From: Octopus sinensis
Lineage: Eukaryota
DNA: 7,995 nucleotides
Reading direction: 5' to 3'
Assembly: GCF_006345805.1 (NCBI RefSeq)
Contig: NW_021828344.1
Coordinates: 1 to 7,995, forward strand
A model generated the notes under the pieces. The model saw only the letters and a list, made by a program, of their open reading frames with translations, ran no database searches and was not told the DNA's origin. The translations under genes were made by a program, and so were the position numbers. This document shows positions 1 to 7,995 of the stretch, piece by piece (within the stretch, counting starts at the first letter, position 1; each line of letters opens with the position of its first letter).

Positions 1-13
1 CAAGAAAGGGGGA

Positions 14-956
14 GCATACAGTAATATATAATGAGGTGGGAGGGGAGAGAGAAGCAAGAAAGTGGGAGCATACAGTAATATATAATGAGGTGGGAGGGGG
101 AGAGAGAAAGCAAGAAAGGGGGAGCATACAGTAATATATAATGAGGTGGGAGGGGGAGAGAGAAAGCAAGAAAGGGGGAACATACAGTAATATATAATGA
201 GGTGGGAGGGGGAGAGAGAAAGCAAGAAAGGGGGAGCATACAGTAATATATAATGAGGTGGGAGGGGGAGAGAGAAATCAAGAAAGGGGGAGCATACAGT
301 AATATATAATGAGGTGGGAGGGGGAGAGAGAAAGCAAGAAAGGGGGAGCATACAGTAATATATAATGAGGTGGGAGGGGGAGAGAGAAAGCAAGAAAGGG
401 GGAGCATACAGTAATATATAATGAGGTGGGAGAGGGAGAGAGAAAGCAAGAAAGGGGGAGCATACAGTAATATATAATGAGGTGGGAGGGGAAGAGATAT
501 CAAGAAAGGGGGAGCATACAGTAATATATAATGAGGTGGGAGGGGAGAGAGAATCAAGAAGGGGGAGCATACAGTAATATAAAATGAGGTGGGAGGGGGA
601 GAGAGAAAGCAAGAAAGGGGGAGCATACAGTAATATATAATGAGGTGGGAGAGGGAGAGAGAAAGCAAGAAAGGGGGAGCATACAGTAATATATAATGAG
701 GTGGGAGGGGAGAGAGAAATCAAGAAAGGGGGAGCATACAGTAATATATAATGAGGTGGTAGGGGGAGAGAAAAATCAAGAAAGGGGGAGCATACAGTAA
801 TATATAATGAGGTGGGAGGGGGAGAGAGAAAGCAAGAAAGGGGGACCATACAGTAATATATAATGAGGTGGGAGGGGGAGAGAGAAAGCAAGAAAGGGGG
901 AACATACAGCAATATATAATGAGGTGGGAGGGGAGAGAGAAAGCAAGAAAGTGGGA
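14..956. repeat. Higher-order block, copy A (17 monomers), recurring at ~7038-7957
   Basis: Ordered variants: AAAGTGGGA end (T63), ACATAC start (180), TCAAG (278), AGAGGG (431), GAGATA (494), TCAAG (554), TATAAAAT (578), TCAAG (720), GTAGG plus TCAAG (759-776), CCATAC (846), ACATACAGC (902). Confidence 0.85.
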
Positions 957-1514
957 GCATAAAGTAATATATAATGAGGTGGGAGGGGGAGAGAGAAATC
1001 AAGAAAGGGGGAACATACAGTAATATATAATGAGGTGGGAGGGGGAGAGAGAAAGCAAGAAAGGGGAGCATACAGTAATATATATGAGGTGGGAGGGGGA
1101 GAGAGAAATCAAGAAAGGGGGAGCATACAGTAATATATAATGAGGTGGGAGGGGGAGAGAGAAAGCAAGAAAGGGGGAGCATACAGTAATATATAACGAG
1201 GTGGGAGGAGGAGAGAGAAAGCAAGAAAGGGAGAGCATACAGTAATATATAATGAGGTGGGAGAGGGAGAGAGAAAGCAAGAAAGGGGGAGCATACAGTA
1301 ATATATAATGAGGTGGGTGGGGGAGAGAGATATCAAGAAAGGGGGAGCATACAGTAATATATAATGAGGTGGGAGGGGGAGAGAGATATCAAGAAAGGGG
1401 GAGCATACAGTAATATATAATGAGGTGGGAGGGGGAGAGAGAAAGCAAGAAAGGGGGAGCATACAGTAATATATAATGAGGTGGGAGAGGGAGAGAGAAA
1501 GCAAGAAAGGGGGA
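180..1514. repeat. Internal block duplication: ~180-678 versus ~1013-1514, offset 15 monomers (~0.83 kb)
   Basis: Paired variants: ACATAC 180/1013, TCAAG 278/1109, AGAGGG 431/1262, GATATC 496/1329, TCAAG 554/1389, AGAGGG 650/1486. Confidence 0.75.
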
Positions 1515-3573
1515 GCATACAGTAATATATAATGAGGTGGGAGGGGATGAGAGAAAGCAAGAAAGGGGGAGCATACAGTAATATATAATGAGGTGGGAGG
1601 GGAAGAGAGAAAGCAAGAAAGGGGGGACATACAGTAATATATAATGAGGTGGGAGGGGGAGAGAGAAATCAAGAAAGGGGGAGCATACAGTAATATATAA
1701 TGAGGTGGGAGGGGAAGAGAGAAAGCAAGAAAGGGGGAGCATACAGTAATATATAATGAGGTGGGAGGGGAAGAGAGAAAGCAATAAAGGGGGAGCATAC
1801 AGTAATATATAATGAGGTGGGAGGGGGAGAGAGAAAGCAAGAAAGGGGGAGCATACAGTAATATATAATGAGGTGGGAGGGGAAGAGAGAAAGCAAGAAA
1901 GGGGAGCATACAGTAATATATAATGAGGTGGGAGGGGAAGAGAGAAAGCAAGAAAGCGGGAGCATACAGTAATATATAATGAGGTGGGAGGGGAAGAGAG
2001 AAAGCAAGAAAGGGGGAGCATACAGTAATATATAATGAGGTGGGAGGGGGAGAGAGAAAGCAAGAAAGGGGGAGCATACAGTAATATATAATGAGGTGGG
2101 AGGGGGAGAGAGAAAGCAAGAAAGGGGGAGCATACAGTAATATATAATGAGGTGGGAGGGGAAGAGAGAAAGCAAGAAAGGGGGAGCATACAGTAATATA
2201 TAATGAGGTGGGAGGGGGAGAGAGAAAGCAAGAAAGGGGGATACAGTATACAGTAATATAAATGAGGTGGGAGGGGAGAGAGAAAGCAAGAAAGGGGGAG
2301 CATACAGTAATATATATGAGGTGGGAGAGAAGAGAAAAGCAAGAAAGGGGGAGCATACAGTAATATATAATGAGGTGGGAGGGGGAGAGAGAAAGCAAGA
2401 AAGAGGGAGCATACAGTAATATATAATGAGGTGGGAGGGGAAGAGAGAAAGCAAGAAAGGGGAGCATACAGTAATATATAATGAGGTGGGAGGGGAGAGA
2501 GAAAGCAGAAAGGGGGAGCATACAGTATATATAATGAGGTGGGAGGGGGAGAGAGAAAGCAAGAAAGGGGGAGCATACAGTAATATATAATGAGGTGGGA
2601 GGGGGAGAGAGAAAGCAAGAAAGGGGGAGCATACATTAATATATAATGAGGTGGGAGGGGGAGAGAGAAAACAAGAAAGGGGGAGAATACAGCAATAAAT
2701 AATGAGGTGGGAGGGGGAGAGAGAAAGGAAGAAAGGGGGAGCATACAGTAATATATAATGAGGTGGGAGGGGGAGAGAGAAAGCAAGAAAGGGGGAGCAT
2801 ACAGTAATATATAATGAGGTGGGAGGGGGAGAGAGAAAGCAAGAAAGGGGGAGCATACAGTAATATATAATGAGGTGGGAGGCGGAGAGAGAAAGCAAGA
2901 AAGGGGGAGCATACAGTAATATATAATGAGGTGGGAGGGGGAGAAAAAAATCAAGAAAGGGGGAGAATACAGTAATATATAATGAGGTGGGAGGGGGAGA
3001 GAGAAAGCAAGAACGGGGGAGCATACAGTAATATATAATGAGGTCGGAGGGGGAGAGAGAAAGCAAGAAAGGGGGAGCATACAGTAATATATAATGAGGT
3101 GGGAGGGGAGAGAGAAAGCAAGAAAGGGGGAGCATACAGTAATATATAATGAGGTGGAGGGGGAGAGAGAAAGCAAGAAGGTGGAGCATACAGTAATATA
3201 AATGAGGTGGGAGTGGAGAGAGAAAGCAAGAAAGGGGGAGCATACAGTAATATATAATGAGGTGGGAGGGGGAGAGAGAAAGCAAGAAAGGGGGAGCATA
3301 CAGTAATATATAATGAGGTGGGAGGGGGGGAGAGAAAGCAAGAAAGGGGAGCATACAGTAATATATAATGAGGTGGAAAGGGGGAGAGAGAAAGCAAGAA
3401 AGGGAACATACAGTAATATATAATGAGGTGGGAGGGGGAGAGAGAAAGCAAGAAAGGGGGAGCATACAGTAATATATAATGAGGGGGGGGGGGGGAGAGA
3501 GAAATCAAGAAAGGGGGAGCATACAGTAATATATAATGAGGTGGGAGGGGGAGAGAGAAAGCAAGAAAGGGGA

Positions 3574-5390
3574 GCATACAGTATATATAATGAGGTGGGA
3601 GGGGAGAGAGAAATCAAGAAAGGGGGAGCATACAGTAATATATAATGAGGTGGGAGGGGGAGAGAGAAAGCAAGAAATGGGGAGCATACAGTAATATATA
3701 ATGAGGTGGGAGTGGGAGAGAGAAAGCAAGAAAGGAGGAGCATAGAGTAATATATAATGAGGTGGGAGAGGGAGAGAGAAAGCAAGAAAGGGGGAGCATA
3801 CAGTAATATATAATGAGGTGGGAAGGGGAGAGAGAAATCAAGAAAGGGGGAGCATACAGTAATATATAATGAGGTGGGAGGGGGAGAGAGAAATCAAGAA
3901 AGGGGGAGCATACAGTAATATATAATGAGGTGGGAGGGGGAGAGAGAAAGCAAGAAAGGGGGAGCATACAGTAATATATAATGAGGTGGGAGAGGGAGAG
4001 AGAAAGCAAGAAAGGGGTAGCATAGAGTAATATATAATGAGGTGGGAGGGGAAGAGAGAAAGCAAGAAAGGGGGAGCATACAGTAATATATAATGAGGTG
4101 GGAGGGGAAGAGAGAAAGCAAGAAAGGGGGAGCATACAGTAATATATAATGAGGTGGGAGGGGGAGAAAGAAATCAAGAAAGGGGAGCATACAGTAATAT
4201 ATAATGAGGTGGAGGGAAGAGAGAAAGCAAGAAAGGGGGAGCATACAGTAATATATAATGAGGTGGGGGGGAAGAGAGAAAGCAAGAAAGGGGGAGCATA
4301 CAGTAATATATAATGAGTGGGAGGGGAAGAGAAAAGCAAGAAAGGGGAGCATACAGTAATATATAATGAGTGGGAGGGGGAGAGAGAAAGCAAGAAAGGG
4401 GAGCATACAGTAATATATAATGAGGTGGGAGTGGGAGAGAGAAAGCAAGAAAGGGGGAGCATACAGTAATATATAATGAGGTGGGAGGGTGAGAGAGAAA
4501 GCAAGAAAGGGGGAGCATACAGTAATATATAATGAGGTGGGAGGGGGAGAGAGAAAGCAAGAAAGGGGGAGCATACAGTAATATATAATGAGGTGGGAGG
4601 GGGAGAGAGAAAGCAAGAAAGGGGGAGCATACAGTAATATATAATGAGGTGGGGGGGGGGGAGAGAAAGCAAGAAAGGGGGAGCATACAGTAATATATAA
4701 TGAGGTGGGAGGGGGAGAGAGAAAGCAAGAAAGGGGGAGCATACAGTAATATATAATGAGGTGGGAGGGGAGAGAGAAAGCAAGAAAGGGGGCATACAGT
4801 AATATATAATGAGGTGGGAGGGAGAGAGAGAAATCAAGAAAGGGGGAGCATACAGTAATATATAATGAGGTGGGAGGGGGAGAGAGAAAGCAAGAAATGG
4901 GGAGCATACAGTTATATATAATGAGGTGGGAGTGGGAGAGAGAAAGCAAGAAAGGGGGAGCATACAGTAATATATAATGAGGTGGGAGGGGAGAGAGAAA
5001 GCAAGAAAGGGGAGCATACAGTAATATATAATGAGGTGGGAAGGGAGAGAGAATCAAGAAAGGGGGAGCATACAGTAATATATAATGAGGTGGGAGGGGG
5101 AGAGAGAAATCAAGAAAGGGGAGCATACAGTAATATATAATGAGTGGGAGGGGAGAGAGAAAGCAAGAAAGGGGGCATACAGTAATATATAATGAGTGGG
5201 AGGGGGAGAGAGAAAGCAAGAAAGGGGTAGCATACAGTAATATTAATGAGGTGGGAGGGGAAGAGAGAAAGCAAGAAAGGGGAGCATACAGTAATATATA
5301 ATGAGGTGGGAGGGGAGAGAGAAAGCAAGAAAGGGGGAGCATACAGTAATATATAATGAGGTGGGAGGGGGAGAGAATCAAGAAAGGGGA
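3574..5390. repeat. Internal block duplication: ~3574-4186 versus ~4792-5390, offset 22 monomers (~1.2 kb)
   Basis: Paired variants: TCAAG 3614/4834, AAATGGGG 3678/4898, AGTGGG 3713/4933, GGGAAGGG plus TCAAG 3838/5054, TCAAG 3894/5110, GGGGTAG 4018/5228, GGGGAAG in the following monomer of both, TCAAG 4174/5378. Confidence 0.8.
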
Positions 5391-7037
5391 GCATACAGTA
5401 ATATATAATGAGGTGGGAGGGGAAGAGAGAAAGCAAGAAAGGGGGAGCATACAGTAATATATAATGAGGTGGGAGGGGGAGAGAGAAAGCAAGAAAGGGG
5501 GAGCATACAGTAATATATAATGAGGTGGGAGGGGAGAGAGAAAGCAAGAAAGGGAGCATACAGTAATATATAATGAGGTGGGAGGGGAAGAGAGAAAGCA
5601 AGAAAGGGGGAGAATACAGTAATATATAATGAGGTGGGAGGGGGAGAGAGAAAGCAAGAAAGGGGGAGCATACAGTAATATATAATGAGGTGGGGGGGAG
5701 GGGGAGAGAAAGCAAGAAAGGGGGAGCATACAGTAATATATAATGAGGTGGGAGGGGGGAGAGAAAGCAAGAAGAGGGAGCATACAGTAATATATATAAT
5801 GAGGTGGGAGGGGAGAGAGAATGCAAGAAAGGGGAGCATACAGTAATATATAATGAGGTGGGAGGGGAGAGAGAAAGCAAGAAAGGGGAGCATACAGTAA
5901 TATATAATGAGGTGGGAGGGGAGAGAGAAAGCAAGAAAGGGGGAGCATACAGTAATATATAATGAGGTGGGGGGGAAGAGAAAGCAAGAAAGGGGGAGCA
6001 TACAGTATATATAATGAGGTGGAGGGGGAGAGAGAAAGCAAGAAAGGGGGAGCATACAGTAATATATAATGAGGTGGGAGGGGAGAGAGAAAGCAAGAAA
6101 GGGGGAGCATACAGTAATATATAATGAGGTGGGAGGGGAAGAGAGAAAGCAAGAAAGGGGGAGCATACAGTAATATATAATGAGGTGGGGGGAGGGGAGA
6201 AGAAAGCAAGAAAGGGGAGCATACAGTAATATATAATGAGGTGGGAGGGGAAGAGAGAAAGCAAGAAAGGGGGAGCATACAGTAATATATAATGAGGTGG
6301 GAGGGGAGAGAGAAAGCAAGAAAGGGGGAGCAGACAGTAATATATAATGAGGTGGGAGGGGAAGAGAGAAAGCAAGAAAGGGGGAGCATACAGTAATATA
6401 TAATGAGGTGGGAGGGGAAGAGAGAAAGCAAGAAAGGGGGAGCATACAGTAATATATAATGAGGTGGGAGGGGAGAGAGAAAGCAAGAAAGGGGGAGCAT
6501 ACAGTAATATATAATGAGGTGGGAGGGGAGAGAGAAAGCAAGAAAGGGGGAGCATACAGTAATATATAATGAGGTGGGAGGGGATAGAGAGAGCAAGAAA
6601 GGGGGAGCATACAGTAATATATAATGAGGTGGGAGGGGGAGAGAGAAAGCAAGAAAGGGGGAGCATACAGTAATATATAATGAGGTGGGACGGGAAAGAG
6701 AAAGCAAAAAGGGGGAGCATACAGTAATATATAATGAGGTGGAGGGGGAGAGAGAAGCAAGAAAGGGGGAGCATACAGTAATATATAATGAGGTGGGAGG
6801 GAGAGAGAAGCAAGAAATGGGGAGCATACAGTAATATATAATGAGTGGGAGGGGGAGAGAGAAAGCAAGAAGGGGGAGCATACTAATATATAATGAGGTG
6901 GGAGGGGAGAGAGAAAGCAAGAAAGGGGGAGCATACAGTAATATATAATGAGGTGGGAGGGGGAGAGAAAGCAAGAAAGGGGAGCATACAGTAATATATA
7001 ATGAGGTGGGAGGGAGAGAGAAAGCAAGAAAGGGGGA

Positions 7038-7957
7038 ACATACAGTATATATAATGAGGTGGGAGGGGGAGAGAGAAAGCAAGAAAGTGGGAGCATACAG
7101 TAATATATAATGAGGTGGGAGGGAGAAGAGAAATCAAGATGGGGGAGCATACAGTAATATAAATGAGGTGGAGGGGGAGAGAGAAAGCAAGAAAGGGGAA
7201 CATACAGTAATATATAATGAGGTGGGAGGGGAGAGAGAAAGCAGAAAGGGGGAGCATACAGTAATATATAATGAGGTGGGAGGGGGAGAGAGAATCAAGA
7301 AGGGGGAGCATACAGTAATATATAATGAGGTGGGAGGGGGAGAGAAAGCAAGAAAGGGGGAGCATACAGTAATATAATGAGGTGGGAGGGGAGAGGGAAA
7401 GCAAGAAGGGGGAGCATACAGTAATATATAATGAGGTGGGAGAGGGAGAGAGAAAGCAAGAAAGGGGGAGCATACAGTATATATGATGAGGTGGGAGGGG
7501 AGAGAGATACAAAAAGGGGAGCATACAGTAATATATAATGAGGTGGGAGGGGGAGAGAGAAATCAAGAAAGGGGGAGCATACAGTAATATAAAATGAGGT
7601 GGGAGGGGGAGAGAGAAAGCAAGAAAGGGGGAGCATACAGTAATATATAATGATGGGGGGGAGGGGAGAGAGAAAGCAAGAAAGGGGAGCATACAGTAAT
7701 ATATAATGAGGGGGGAGGGAGAGAGAAATCAAGAAAGGGGAGCATACAGTAATATATGATGAGGTGTAGGGGGAGAGAAATCAAGAAAGGGGGAGCATAC
7801 AGTAATATATAATGAGGTGGGAGGGGAGAGAGAAAGCAAGAAAGGGGACCATACAGTAATATATAATGAGGTGGGAGGGGGAGAGAGAAAGCAAGAAAGG
7901 GGAACATACAGCAATATATATGAGGTGGGAGGGGGAGAGAGAAAGCAAGAAAGGGGA
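7038..7957. repeat. Higher-order block, copy B (17 monomers), matching 14-956
   Basis: The same variants appear at the same monomer offsets: AAAGTGGGA (T7088), ACATAC (7200), TCAAG (7295), AGAGGG (7441), GAGATA (7504), TCAAG (7563), TATAAAAT (7588), TCAAG (7729), GTAGG plus TCAAG (7766-7781), CCATAC (7849), ACATACAGC (7904). Confidence 0.85.
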
Positions 7958-7995
7958 GCATACAGTAATATATATGAGGTGGGAGGGGGAGAGAG

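Larger units (their letters stand above)
1..7995. repeat. Tandem repeat array (minisatellite/satellite), 56-bp monomer, about 145 copies, truncated at both window ends
   Basis: Monomer starts (GCATACAG or a variant) occur at 14, 68, 124, 180, 236, 292, 348, 404, 460 and so on. Spacing is exactly 56 bp from 1123 to 1851 and roughly 51-58 bp elsewhere, up to a partial copy at 7958. A manual count gives ~144 full copies plus partial ends. Consensus composition is 23 A, 23 G, 7 T, 3 C (82% purine on +, 46% GC, no CpG). Confidence 0.99.

Noticed and set aside
303-321. TATAAT (-10 box) or TATATAA (TATA-like) followed by ATG and GAGGTG/GGAGG (Shine-Dalgarno-like) in each monomer
   Set aside because: There is no -35 element, the ATG overlaps the putative box, and the plus strand hits stops within one or two monomers. 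These short motifs are expected in AT-rich and G-rich segments.
311-330. Chi site (GCTGGTGG), PRDM9 13-mer (CCNCCNTNNCCNC) or telomeric repeat
   Set aside because: The consensus has no exact match to any of these on either strand, and no short telomeric periodicity.
316-348. Minus-strand polypyrimidine tract as a splice acceptor, or retroelement polypurine tract on the plus strand
   Set aside because: The consensus has no AG dinucleotide on the minus strand, and no LTR or retroelement sequence is adjacent.
313-380. Canonical G-quadruplex motif
   Set aside because: Each monomer has only three runs of three or more G, with loops of 1, 17 and 25 nt, so it does not fit G3+N1-7. Two-tetrad, long-loop or intermolecular G4 cannot be excluded.
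3483-3495. Long G runs at 3483-3495 and 4651-4661 as distinct elements
   Set aside because: They are monomers in which the T or A interruptions of GGTGGGAGGGGG read as G. Point variants or base-calling errors are sufficient to explain them.
3894-7082. 1062-aa minus-strand ORF and the other overlapping minus-strand ORFs as protein-coding genes
   Set aside because: All three frames give the same repetitive peptide. Frame-shifting indels are frequent, there is no recognisable domain or unique terminus, and openness follows from the monomer lacking TTA/CTA/TCA.
7168-7377. 69-aa plus-strand ORF (GEHTVIYNEVGG repeats)
   Set aside because: It exists only because several consecutive monomers are about 54 bp long and stay in the one stop-free frame. 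It is probably an indel artefact.
1-7995. CRISPR array
   Set aside because: There are no unique spacers: the segments between conserved cores are near-identical. There is no leader, no cas gene and no palindromic repeat.

Overview
The whole window is one uninterrupted tandem repeat (minisatellite/satellite-type array) of about 145 head-to-tail copies of a 56-bp monomer. The + strand consensus is GCATACAGTAATATATAATGAGGTGGGAGGGGGAGAGAGAAAGCAAGAAAGGGGGA, and the array runs off both ends. There is no unique sequence, and no credible gene, RNA gene, CRISPR array or mobile element. The long minus-strand ORFs exist only because the monomer lacks TTA/CTA/TCA on the + strand. The interesting structure lies in the monomer and in the order of variant monomers: (i) the first ~950 bp recur ~7.0 kb (127 monomers) later with the same ordered rare variants; (ii) an 8-monomer variant cassette recurs about five times at irregular spacing, including 15- and 22-monomer block duplications; (iii) the monomer is a degenerate mirror repeat with a purine mirror tract (H-DNA potential) and extreme strand asymmetry; (iv) single-base deletions increase toward the 3' end, which may be long-read error. 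The array looks eukaryotic, but the organism cannot be determined. I see no evidence for a novel gene system.
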